Below are positions 1-9,282 of a DNA stretch of 34,066 bases, in pieces. Every line of letters begins with the position of its first letter. Positions within the stretch are counted from its first letter, which is position 1. The translations under genes and the position numbers were made by a program. The stretch comes from Calditrichaceae bacterium (GTDB lineage Bacteria > Calditrichota > Calditrichia > Calditrichales > JBFXGD01): the NCBI GenBank assembly GCA_050178385.1, contig JBFXGD010000020.1:1-34066 (forward strand), in the 5' to 3' direction. Under the pieces are notes generated by a model. It was not told the DNA's origin and searched no databases. It worked only from the letters and a program-made list of their open reading frames with translations.

Positions 1-1
1 A

Positions 2-220
2 GCGCTCGCCTCACGGCCGGCCTTTGTACTCGCGGATGAACCTACTGCAAATCTGGACTCTGAATCAGCAGAATCTTTTCTGGATTTGATGGAGGATTTA
101 AATCTGACATCCGGCATGACATTTCTTTTTTCAACTCATGATGCCAGAGTGATAAAACGCGCGCATCGGGTTATAACCCTTAGGGACGGCGCGATTTTTT
201 CAGATGAAAAGAGAAAATAA
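2..220 (+). CDS. ABC transporter ATP-binding protein, LolD/MacB-like (3' part only)
   Basis: Manual translation of frame 2 gives ALASRPAFVLADEPTANLDSE...TFLFSTHD...VITLRDG, i.e. Walker B/D-loop and H-switch. TAA at 218-220. Not in the ORF track because it is truncated by the window edge. Confidence 0.9.
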   Translation, partial: ALASRPAFVLADEPTANLDSESAESFLDLMEDLNLTSGMTFLFSTHDARVIKRAHRVITLRDGAIFSDEKRK

Positions 221-224
221 ACGA

Positions 225-1409
225 ATGCGCCATTTAATATTTTTAATCAGTTTATTTTATCTGACATCTTTCGGACATGCCGGGGATTACGAGGCAAACG
301 GATATGTCAAATACCTTTTTTCTTCATCCGGGCTGACCGGTGAGAATAACCGCTATAATGATCATATGCTCCATGCCCGGCTCAATACCCGCTGGTCACC
401 GGCTTATTCTTTCTATTCAGTGCTTGAAACCCGTATACGAGGTTATTATGGAGATTCAATTAGTGAGATGGCCGGTTTTAAAGATCTCATAAAAAATAAT
501 TATGATTTTCTTGATCTGGATGCCGTGCTCCTTGATGAGAATGACTCATATATATACGCGGAGATTGACCGTTTGTATTTTGATTATACCGCGGGTAAAC
601 TGGAGATGACCATCGGCAGACAGAGAGTCGCATGGGGAACCTCGCTTGTCTGGAATATCACGGATTTGTTTAATCCTAAATCCGTTCTGGATTTTGATTA
701 TGAAGAAATGCCCGGCGCCGATGCCTTTCGTCTTCAGTATTATACGGGAGCTGTCTCGAAGGCAGAATTCGTCATAAAACCCGGAGAAAATCGGTATCAG
801 AGAACGATTGCCGGATTATGGTCGATCAACGCGGCCGGTTATGATATTTTTCTTCTCGGAGGACTGAGAAACAACCGCAAATTAGCGGGATTTTCATGGG
901 CGGGGGATATTCGGGGAGCAGGATTCAGGGGTGAGGTTACATTGAGCGATCCGCCGGAAAAAGGGGCACCCGCGGAATTTATTATACCTGATATTTACGG
1001 CAGCAGTCTTACAGAAGAGAACAAAAACACTCTTAGCGTCGTGCTTTCCGGTGACTATACATTCGAAAACTCATTTTATATTCATACGGAGATGCTGTAT
1101 AATAATATCGGTAAAACGAAAAACACCGGTCTCTTTTACTATCAGGCAGGCGATGCCGGCCTGCTCACTCCCGCCCGCTGGTCTGTTTATCAGGAGTTTT
1201 CCTACAACATTACCCCACTTACCAGAGGTACTGTATTCATCATATACAATCCGTCCGATCATTCATCCATCACTGTACCTCTGATCAGCCGTTCATTAAC
1301 GGAATCCGTCGATCTCATGCTGATTGGTTTTCTCTCCTCCGGAAAAAGGTTTACAGAATACGGAGATGCCGGTGATTCCATTTACCTGAGAGTAAAATAT
1401 TCATTCTAA
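225..1409 (+). CDS. Putative outer-membrane beta-barrel protein
   Basis: Signal peptide (MRHLIFLISLFYLTSFGHA), alternating aromatic/hydrophobic strands, GRQRVAWG motif, C-terminal Y-S-F. ATG 225 is preferred over 204. Confidence 0.7.
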   Translation: MRHLIFLISLFYLTSFGHAGDYEANGYVKYLFSSSGLTGENNRYNDHMLHARLNTRWSPAYSFYSVLETRIRGYYGDSISEMAGFKDLIKNNYDFLDLDAVLLDENDSYIYAEIDRLYFDYTAGKLEMTIGRQRVAWGTSLVWNITDLFNPKSVLDFDYEEMPGADAFRLQYYTGAVSKAEFVIKPGENRYQRTIAGLWSINAAGYDIFLLGGLRNNRKLAGFSWAGDIRGAGFRGEVTLSDPPEKGAPAEFIIPDIYGSSLTEENKNTLSVVLSGDYTFENSFYIHTEMLYNNIGKTKNTGLFYYQAGDAGLLTPARWSVYQEFSYNITPLTRGTVFIIYNPSDHSSITVPLISRSLTESVDLMLIGFLSSGKRFTEYGDAGDSIYLRVKYSF

Positions 1410-1651
1410 ACGGGTCACCCTGTAATTACTTAGAGCAGCGTTAATGATCCGTATAATAAAACCCGATAATTTAATTAAAATTATTTATAATCCTGCCTGA
1501 TGATGCCGACAATCCTTACCAAATTCTCTGCGGTAATTTTTGTGTGACAGAACAGTAATTATTTGCGGATATACACAAAATCAATCTTGCAAACTGAGAA
1601 TTTATATTTAAATTTAGCAGCTATAATTGATTTAGATATGGAGTATTTTTG

Positions 1652-2245
1652 ATGTTGGAATCTATCGCAATGACTGTGTCACCGGACATTATGACATACC
1701 TGGTCATCCCTATTCTTATTATGATAGCCAGAATATTTGATGTAAGTCTTGGAACTATCCGGATCATCATGATATCGAGATCAAACAGGCTTGTCGCGTC
1801 CTTCCTTGGATTTTTTGAAGTTATTATCTGGCTGGTTGCGGTAACACAGGTTCTGCAGAATCTACAGAATGTTGTATCCTATATCGCGTACGGAGCCGGT
1901 TTTGCCATCGGTAATTATATTGGCATTTCCATTGAGAACAAGCTGGCTATCGGCATGCAGACCATACAAATAATTACAAAGGATAACTTTAAAACATTGT
2001 CGATGCTTTTGAGAGAAGAGGGATTTGGCGTCACAAATCTGCAGGCAAACGGTCAGAAGGGGCAGCTCGATTTTATTCACGTGGTGACTTCCCGTAAGAG
2101 GACAAAAGATGTACTCAGTATCGTCAAACAATTTGATCCGATGGCATTTATTTCCATCACGGATCTCAGATCTTCATACGCCGGTTTCAATGGTAATAAA
2201 ACAAGAAATTCCTGGTGGCCGCGCGGTATCGTAAAGAAAAAATAA
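1652..2245 (+). CDS. UPF0316 (DUF2179/DUF5698) membrane protein
   Basis: ARIFDVSLGTIR, GFFEVIIW and YGAGFAIGNYIG motifs; EGFGVT...FDPMAFI C-terminal domain; GGAG RBS at 1640-1643. Confidence 0.85.
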   Translation: MLESIAMTVSPDIMTYLVIPILIMIARIFDVSLGTIRIIMISRSNRLVASFLGFFEVIIWLVAVTQVLQNLQNVVSYIAYGAGFAIGNYIGISIENKLAIGMQTIQIITKDNFKTLSMLLREEGFGVTNLQANGQKGQLDFIHVVTSRKRTKDVLSIVKQFDPMAFISITDLRSSYAGFNGNKTRNSWWPRGIVKKK

Positions 2246-2347
2246 ACGTGATCTTAGGAATCATGCGTGTTTTATTTGCATGAAATCACTGAGATCGGTA
2301 TAATTAGCCCGATAATTACATATTTTACAGATCAATCCGGAGGTTTT

Positions 2348-2806
2348 TTGAAAAACGTAAAAATATATACTGACGGCGCGTGCTCGGGGAATCCCGGTCC
2401 GGGTGGATACGGCACCATTGTTGAGATCGCCGGAGAACGAATCGAGCTTTCAAAGGGATATAAAAACACTACAAACAACAGAATGGAACTTCGCGCGGTC
2501 ATTGCCGGTCTTGAATTACTGAAAGAACCGCATGAAGTGGAAATTTACTCCGATTCCAAATATGTAATTGATGCCATCAGACTCAAATGGGCGGAACGCT
2601 GGAGAGCAAATAACTGGATGCGCAACAGGAAAGAAAAAGCGTTAAACCCCGATCTTTGGGGTAAACTTCTCGACCTGCTAAAACCCCATAAAGTTACATT
2701 GAACTGGGTAAAGGGTCATGCCGGGCATCCGGAAAATGAACGATGTGATGAATTGGCAGTCGCCGCGAGTTCCGGCCGTGATTTAGAAATTGATCCGAGA
2801 AGCTGA
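2348..2806 (+). CDS. rnhA: Ribonuclease HI
   Basis: IYTDGACSGNPGPGG, TTNNRMEL, SDSKY, WVKGHAGHPENERCD. TTG start at 2348 after GGAGG (2339-2343). Confidence 0.97.
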   Translation: MKNVKIYTDGACSGNPGPGGYGTIVEIAGERIELSKGYKNTTNNRMELRAVIAGLELLKEPHEVEIYSDSKYVIDAIRLKWAERWRANNWMRNRKEKALNPDLWGKLLDLLKPHKVTLNWVKGHAGHPENERCDELAVAASSGRDLEIDPRS

Positions 2807-2816
2807 CCAAGGTCGC

Positions 2817-3731
2817 TCAGATATTTTTCAGCAATTTTTTTGATTCACGGTACTGGTTCAAATAATTTTCAAGAGCATTGATGCCTATCAACGGATAATC
2901 AGCCGTCGGTAAGATTGTAAGATGGTCATTTTTAAAGTGCTTTGAGATGCTTTTAACGTTTACTGTATCGTCATAACGGTTGATAAAAATGCTGTTTATC
3001 TCAACTTTAATTTCCTTCAATTTGTTTTGAATCAATGCAGATTCCGCAAGTGAAAGACGGTCCGGATTTAGTATCAGATTGATTTTACTCGCTTTTTTAT
3101 TTTCAAAGTACTCTTTCGTCATCTGATATCTTTCAATAAGACTATTTAATTTATTAATAACCTTGTCTTTTTCGAATTCCTTTTTCCCTAACTTAATTCT
3201 GGTGACTAATTCCTTTTTTATGATTAATTCTTTTCTTAATTCCAGCAACCTCTTCAGCCAGATCAGCGAAAGCCCGGGCAGCGCAAAGAACTTCAGAGTG
3301 AGCGCGGTAGGAGGCATGTCAAACAAGTAATAGTCATATCCCTTTTCATTCTTTATGATATCATCAAAGGCAAGGAGCAGCGCGTATTCTTCGATCCCCG
3401 GTGAATATTTGATTGTTGAAAAATATTTTTCCAGATTATACGCTGTTAAATAACCGTAAGCTTTATACATCTGTTTTTCGACATCGCCTAAATACTTCTT
3501 AACCCAGTAGTCAAGGTCAACCTCTTTAACCGATAGATTCTTGCGTATTTCGATAGACTTTTCGGCAAGTTTTGTTTCAAATATATCAGATTGATTATGA
3601 GCGGGATCCATTGAAATTAACAGGATACGATGATTATTCTGTGCCAGGCCAAGCGCAATAAGCGCGGATGCGGTTGATTTTCCAACCCCGCCTTTTCCTA
3701 AAAAAAAGATTGACTTGTTTGTCTTTGACAT
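2817..3731 (-). CDS. Single-domain ArsA/Get3(TRC40)-family ATPase
   Basis: GKGGVGKST deviant Walker A, SMDPAH switch I, SPGIEE, DMPPT switch II. The protein contains no Cys. Confidence 0.9.
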   Translation of the reverse strand: MSKTNKSIFFLGKGGVGKSTASALIALGLAQNNHRILLISMDPAHNQSDIFETKLAEKSIEIRKNLSVKEVDLDYWVKKYLGDVEKQMYKAYGYLTAYNLEKYFSTIKYSPGIEEYALLLAFDDIIKNEKGYDYYLFDMPPTALTLKFFALPGLSLIWLKRLLELRKELIIKKELVTRIKLGKKEFEKDKVINKLNSLIERYQMTKEYFENKKASKINLILNPDRLSLAESALIQNKLKEIKVEINSIFINRYDDTVNVKSISKHFKNDHLTILPTADYPLIGINALENYLNQYRESKKLLKNI

Positions 3732-3734
3732 ACA

Positions 3735-4004
3735 TTATCCTATATCAAAACCTGAGAAAAGCTCCGACATCGGTGCGTTTGCCGTGTCAATTTTATTCAA
3801 CATTACCACAAATTCTTTGCCCAGCTCAGGAATCAGATCGAGTGTGAGCTGCATCGGAGGCGACGGAAGCCCGATAAATGATCCCAAAACCAGCATTCCG
3901 AAGATATTCTCCAATTCTGATAATTCCATTTCGATGATTTCCGTCGCTTTGTATCGCGCGATCTCACCGGCAGTATTTTTCTGTCTGAGAAGAAAAGACC
4001 ACAT
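3735..4004 (-). CDS. Small conserved-type protein of cstA-ArsA clusters
   Basis: ELENIFGMLVLGSFIGLPSPP...LDLIP resembles, from memory, the small proteins encoded between cstA and ArsA-like genes. Stop is 3 bp before the ATPase start. Confidence 0.7.
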   Translation of the reverse strand: MWSFLLRQKNTAGEIARYKATEIIEMELSELENIFGMLVLGSFIGLPSPPMQLTLDLIPELGKEFVVMLNKIDTANAPMSELFSGFDIG

Positions 4005-4047
4005 CTTTCCAAAAATATTGTCCTTTTTTATTTAGTCCAGCCTTTCT

Positions 4048-4512
4048 CTATGTGTTTGGATCGACACGAAAAATCATCTCTTCCGTGGAAATCCTTTTTT
4101 TTGACGGATAATAGTAATAAACAGCATAAAATACGAACAGAGCTGTCCCCGCCAGATGAATTTTATATATATCATAAAGACACGCGATGAAAAGGATATA
4201 AGCGGATATTGATGCGATGTATAAGGTCGTCTTTTCGAATTTCAAAAACTCGCCGCGTTCCAGTTTTTTTTTGTGACGAACTCTCCCTATAAACACCAGC
4301 CTGTAAACCAACGGCAAAATGATTGAAAAAAGACCCGCGGTGAAAAACAGGCCAGGCGATATAAATCCGGGCGTTCCTTCTATCCTGATCTGATTGCCGG
4401 TTACAAGCCTCGCGAAATAAAGAATCGCGATCAATATAAACGCGGGCAAAATTAATTTCCGGTAAGTTCCGGATATAATTGTTCTGTTATCCATTATGTT
4501 CATTGTTCTCAA
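4048..4512 (-). CDS. Hypothetical membrane protein (about 4 TM)
   Basis: Four hydrophobic segments, C-terminal YYYYPSKKRI. Start could be 4512, 4503 or 4494. Confidence 0.65.
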   Translation of the reverse strand: MRTMNIMDNRTIISGTYRKLILPAFILIAILYFARLVTGNQIRIEGTPGFISPGLFFTAGLFSIILPLVYRLVFIGRVRHKKKLERGEFLKFEKTTLYIASISAYILFIACLYDIYKIHLAGTALFVFYAVYYYYPSKKRISTEEMIFRVDPNT

Positions 4513-4596
4513 TTTACATAAAATGAGATATTTGTCTCAATCAGATTTACAAAAAAACCCGTAAATAATTCAGGCGAAATAATATATTTTATCTTT

Positions 4597-6342
4597 CTAC
4601 ACCATATCTGCCGTATTTTCTACTATTTCATCAACGTGATTTGTAGAGAAAAATTTTATTAATCCCTCCCCGATAACCCATATTACAATAAAAATAATCA
4701 CTCCATTCACGATCTGCAGCAATAAATTCTGGTTTGCTCCGAACTCCACCTGATTCATGACTGAAGCCCATAAAGTCATTACACTCATAAAAATAGCCGG
4801 AATTCCGGCGACCACCCATTTCAAGCCGCCTTTGCTTTTCAGATATAGCGTAATTATGATTAATGCCAGCGCGGCAAGGGTCTGATTAACCGCTCCGAAT
4901 AACGGCCATAAAGTCAAAGCCCCTTTTCCACTGCTGCCTGAAGCGAAGGCGAGCAAAGCGGCGGTAATAACCACAAACGCGGTAGAAATATAGCGGTTTC
5001 TGAATATCTCAATTTTCATATCTGTCCCGAGTTCAGTGACCACATACCTTTGAATACGTGTCGCGGTATCCAGGGTAGTGCCGGCAAAACTGGCGACAAA
5101 CAATCCCATGACTACGATCCCTATCTGTTGTGGAATACCGATTGTTGACATCATATTCGCGGCTCCTACCACAAACGCGCTGACTTTGGATCCCAAACCC
5201 GCCGCCGCGGTCCAGGAAGAGTAATGGGTTGACCATGCCTCCACTCCATAAAATGTGGCCCCGGCCTGATTGGTGTATCCCATGCCTATTCCTGCCGAAA
5301 CCGCAATGATGACGAGTGTGGCCAGACTTCCCTCGACCAGCATTGATCCGTATCCCACAAACAGGGAATCCGATTCCGATCTCACCTGCTTTGCTGTGGT
5401 TCCGGATGCAACCAGCGAATGAAATCCGGAAATGGCTCCACAGGCAATTGTTATGAAAAGAAACGGCCACATGGGAGGCGCATTTTCGGGTGACATCTGC
5501 ACGGCGGGAGCGACTATTTCCATGTTTCCGAACATTGAAGCGCTCAGTGCTCCGAGTACGAGTAAAACCATAGCCACAATCAACTGATAAGCATTTATAA
5601 AATCCCTTGGCTGAAGAAGTGTGGTAACCGGCAGGACTGACGCAATATACGCATAAATCAGTAATATGATTGTCCAGATGCCGGTCGGCGCTATACCTAA
5701 GAATGAGGGCATTGCCAGGGGCATATAATTTCCCACAATTACAGAGCCATACATCACAACAAGCGCTATGACAGACCAGGTAAATATATTTTTCCCCTTT
5801 TTATATATCAGGTGCCCCAGATAAACAGCAATGGGGATTTGCAGCCAAACCGGAAATACGGAAGACGGATACATATTAAATATGATTGCTATTATGAGAC
5901 CAAAAATCGATATGACAATCCATAAAGCAAGAAACACAATTACAAAGAAAAAGAATCGGGTACGGCTGTTGACATATTTGGCTGTAAATTCCGATATGGA
6001 CTTTCCCTGATTTCTCAGGGAGATAACCAACGCTCCAAAATCGTGAACCGCCCCCATGATCGCTGATCCAAGAAATACCCAGATAAGCGCCGGAAGCCAT
6101 CCCCATATAATCGCGATTGCCGGTCCGACAATCGGCCCTGTACCCGCTATTGATGTGAAATGATGGCCAAAAATGATTTCCTTTTTTGTGGGGACAAAAT
6201 CTATTCCGTCTTCATATTTTACAGCAGGTGTTTCCGCTTATTCAGAAATATTAAAAATTTAATATCCAAGAAACCTACCGTAAAACTTGTACATAACAAG
6301 ATAGCCGAAGAATACAACTGCCATCATGAGTAAAATTTCCAT
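4597..6342 (-). pseudogene. cstA: Carbon starvation protein A (CstA/BtsT-family transporter) with two in-frame TAA near the 5' end; pseudogene or sequence error
   Basis: ATG at 6342 after GGGTGAG is in frame with ORF 4597-6057 and reads MEILLMMAVVFFGYLVMYKFYGRFLGY*IFNISE*AETPAVKYEDGIDFVPTKKEIIFGHHFTSIAGTGPIVGP. Downstream motifs LLQPRDFIN, TIACGAISGFHSLV, TTLDTATR, LWPLFGAVNQ are intact. TAA at 6259-6261 and 6238-6240. Confidence 0.8.
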
Positions 6343-6577
6343 ATCTCACCCTATTTTCATGTATTTGACGCTATTTTCATCTATGCTCATGTCAGTAAAA
6401 CGGGCTTCATGAATAATGAATTCCTATATGGGCATATCTTTAATCATTGAAAAATATAATACAAATACCTTTTGATTCAAACCACCAATATTATATTTTT
6501 AACGCGATACAAAACCTGAAACTTACCTGAAAAGGACATGATCAGATTTTTTGATCCGCGGGAGAAAAAATCAACTC

Positions 6578-6615
6578 AAAAAAAAGCGGCCGGATATATA
6601 TCGGGCCGCTAAAAA
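6578..6615 (-). terminator. Rho-independent terminator downstream of the TAXI gene
   Basis: AGCGGCC...GGCCGCT stem (6585-6610) with an A8 tract at 6578-6585, which is a U-tract on the minus strand. Confidence 0.75.
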
Positions 6616-6637
6616 GAGAATTTTTGGATTATTTTTA

Positions 6638-7597
6638 CTATTTCAGAACACCCTTTTCCTTCCAAAACTTTTTTGCACCCGGATGCAATGGCGTCACAAT
6701 CCCTTTGATCCCGTTTTCCGTGCTCATGGCTGTTGCCGAAACATGGGCTTTTACCATATATTCAAGCCCTTCTTTGGTAAAAATATTTAACAAAAGTTTA
6801 TACACATCATCATCGGAGACTTTTTTATTCACAACAAGAATGGCGGTATCCTGAAAAGTGATCACATCTTCAGATTGCCCCTGATATGTATCCGCCGGAA
6901 TCACAACTTTTGTAAAATATGGATATTTTTTGAATAATCCCGCTTCGTCACCGGCTTCATATGTATTTAGGAGCATGATATCCGTTTTTGACGCGGCATC
7001 ACTTACAGAAGCATTTGGAAATCCCGCAAAAACCCAGAAGGCATCCAACTGACCATTTACAAATGCTTCGTCAGCCTCAAGATATCCCAAATTTTCACGA
7101 CCCATTTTATCCCAAATGCCAAGCGCGCTGAAATAAAGCTCCGCATTTTCCGCAGCGCCGGAACCTTCATTACCGACACCGACACGTTTATCCATTAACT
7201 CTTTCGGATGTGTTATCCCTGCTTTTTTCTTCACAATCAGCTGGGCCGGCGCTCCGTAAAGATAGGCCACGGCCATTACATCGCCATATTTGCTTTTGTC
7301 GTTTTTTAATTTTCCTTCTTTTGCGCTATAAACATGAGCGGAATACGCGATCCCAAATCCGGAGAGTCCTGAATTAACCAGACGTATATTTTCAATAGAA
7401 CCGTTTGAAGACATCGCGAGTATTTTTAAATCACTATTTTTTGCGAGATTTTGTATGGCCTGGGCATAATACTGGAAAGTCCCGCCTGAAGGGCCTCCGG
7501 ATATTTTATAGATTTGAGAAAATGCAGCTTCCGGCAAAATCATGATTGTTGAAATGGCAAGAATTATAAAAAGCTTAAAAAAACGGATACTCAGCAT
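6638..7597 (-). CDS. TAXI-family TRAP transporter solute-binding subunit
   Basis: Signal peptide; GGPSGGTFQYY, SNGSIENIRLV, VGNEGSG, GQLDAF, PLHPGAKKFWKEKG; AAGGAG RBS. Confidence 0.93.
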   Translation of the reverse strand: MLSIRFFKLFIILAISTIMILPEAAFSQIYKISGGPSGGTFQYYAQAIQNLAKNSDLKILAMSSNGSIENIRLVNSGLSGFGIAYSAHVYSAKEGKLKNDKSKYGDVMAVAYLYGAPAQLIVKKKAGITHPKELMDKRVGVGNEGSGAAENAELYFSALGIWDKMGRENLGYLEADEAFVNGQLDAFWVFAGFPNASVSDAASKTDIMLLNTYEAGDEAGLFKKYPYFTKVVIPADTYQGQSEDVITFQDTAILVVNKKVSDDDVYKLLLNIFTKEGLEYMVKAHVSATAMSTENGIKGIVTPLHPGAKKFWKEKGVLK

Positions 7598-7819
7598 AAT
7601 TCAACTCCTTTTATTGGATCAGGCATTCTGGGATTAATTTATGTAATATATTAAAACTAATTCCGTCTTGGATGGAGCTGTATAATCATATTGCAGCTTT
7701 CTTTATAAAGTTCAGGGCGATTTTTCCGCACTGATATCACCCGCTGACCGCAACAGATTGTTTTTAGTATGACAAATAACAATCGCTGATATTCCTTTAG
7801 ATCTTGACCTCCTTATCCA

Positions 7820-7866
7820 AACAAAACAGCCGGTCTGTTATAATAAAAATTAAACACTGACCGGCT
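7820..7866 (-). terminator. Stem-loop/terminator at the end of the liv-CBS operon
   Basis: AGCCGGTC (7828-7835) ... GACCGGCT (7859-7866) with inner TGTT/AACA pairing, followed on the minus strand by GTTTTGTTT. Confidence 0.6.
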
Positions 7867-7903
7867 CATGTGCAAGCTTAAAAGAAATTAGCATTTGTTG
7901 ACA

Positions 7904-8554
7904 TCAATCCACTGTAAGTTCAACCGTTTTATATTCTTTCTTTAATTCAGCGATAATACTTTTTAATATTTTTTCATTTGCCTGAAATCTGATGAGAACC
8001 TCCCTGCTCCCTTCGGGGACGCCATGTTGAGTCGTTAGAATACTGATGCACTTAAAATCTTCTTTTCTCATCAGATCGCAAACTTCCTTTATAGATCCTG
8101 GTGTATCAGGAATAACCAATGATATCCTGTATGCTGCCACACGCGCCCCGGTTATGTTGATCAAAGCTTCAAAAATATCCTGTTCGGTTACTATGCCTAT
8201 TAACTTCTGTTTGTCATCAATAACAGGTAAGCCGCCTATTTTGTTGTCATGCATCAAAATAGCCGCGCGCTCGATCGTTGCGTCCGGTATAACGGTGATT
8301 GGTGACCGGGTCATGATATCTTTTACTTTGATTCGGGACATCAGATAATGAAGTTCCCATATATCAAGCGAAGATGCTTTTGAAGGTGAAGCCTCTTTCA
8401 GGTCCCTGTCGGAAACAATTCCTACCAGTTTATCTTTGCGCATGACCGGTAATCGACGGATCCGGTTTCTTTTTAGCAAATTGATCGCTTCAGAAAGTGA
8501 TTCATCTTCATCGACGGTAATAACTTTTTTACTCATCCATTTACGCACAAGCAT
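7904..8554 (-). CDS. AcuB-like CBS-pair + ACT domain protein
   Basis: IRRLPV...GIVSDRDLKEASPSKASSL..WEL.Y, KIGGLPV...GIVTEQDIF, PDTPGSI (ACT). Confidence 0.9.
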   Translation of the reverse strand: MLVRKWMSKKVITVDEDESLSEAINLLKRNRIRRLPVMRKDKLVGIVSDRDLKEASPSKASSLDIWELHYLMSRIKVKDIMTRSPITVIPDATIERAAILMHDNKIGGLPVIDDKQKLIGIVTEQDIFEALINITGARVAAYRISLVIPDTPGSIKEVCDLMRKEDFKCISILTTQHGVPEGSREVLIRFQANEKILKSIIAELKKEYKTVELTVD

Positions 8555-8577
8555 AATTACTCCTGCTGTTCTTTTTA

Positions 8578-9282
8578 CTAAATACCCAAATAGGCGGATT
8601 TGACATGTTCATTATTTAAGAGCTCCTTTCCGGTACCGGCGATCGTTATCCTTCCGTTCTCCAGAACATAGGCTCTGTCGCAGAATGTAAGAGTAGACTG
8701 AACATTTTGTTCGACAAGCAAGACAGTCATTCCCTTTTTATTGATACTTTTGATGATATTAAAAATTTCCTGAACAAGCACCGGCGCCAGACCCAGGCTC
8801 GGCTCATCAAGCATTAATATTTTTGGCAGTGACATCAGTCCCCTACCCACAGCCACCATCTGCTGCTCTCCCCCGCTTAATGTACCCGCTAACTGTTTTC
8901 TGCGTTCTTTTAATCTGGGGAACAAATGATAACATTCTTCCAGTGTTTCATCGCGTTTGGTTTTGGCGTCACCGTGAAGGGAACCCATTATTAAATTTTC
9001 TTCGACTGTCATTTCATTAAAAAGCCGGCGGCCTTCCGGGACATGAACAACTCCCTTTTTTATAATATCGTCCGGAGCGATATTCGTCAAACTTTCGCCA
9101 TTAAAGGTAATTTCACCGGAATCTACTTTTTGCAAACCTGATATCGTTTTGATCGTTGACGATTTTCCGGCGCCGTTAGCTCCAACCAACACAACAATTT
9201 CACCATCCTTTACATCGAATGAAATATCCCAAAGCGCCTGTAAATCGCCATAACTCATATCAATATTAGTAACCTTAAGCAT
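8578..9282 (-). CDS. livF: Branched-chain amino acid (HAAT) ABC transporter ATP-binding protein, LivF-like
   Basis: GANGAGKS, VPEGRRLF, LSGGEQQM, LDEPSLGLAP, LVEQN. Start at ATG 9282 after GGAG. Confidence 0.92.
   Translation of the reverse strand: MLKVTNIDMSYGDLQALWDISFDVKDGEIVVLVGANGAGKSSTIKTISGLQKVDSGEITFNGESLTNIAPDDIIKKGVVHVPEGRRLFNEMTVEENLIMGSLHGDAKTKRDETLEECYHLFPRLKERRKQLAGTLSGGEQQMVAVGRGLMSLPKILMLDEPSLGLAPVLVQEIFNIIKSINKKGMTVLLVEQNVQSTLTFCDRAYVLENGRITIAGTGKELLNNEHVKSAYLGI

Noticed and set aside
1410..1490. Weak ACGGGTCA/TGATCCGT inverted repeat and AT-rich palindrome after the beta-barrel gene
   Set aside because: Imperfect stem without a U-tract; compatible with chance in AT-rich DNA.
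2817..3731. Arsenic-resistance arsA
   Set aside because: Single domain, no cysteines and no ars genes nearby.
6238..6261. Genome-wide TAA reassignment or Sec/Pyl recoding in cstA
   Set aside because: TAA terminates many clear genes in this window (for example 218-220, 1407-1409, 22626-22628), and Sec/Pyl use TGA/TAG.
6551..6854. Short plus-strand ORFs 6551-6790 and 6624-6854
   Set aside because: They are antisense to the TAXI gene (the first also spans the terminator) and show no coding signal.
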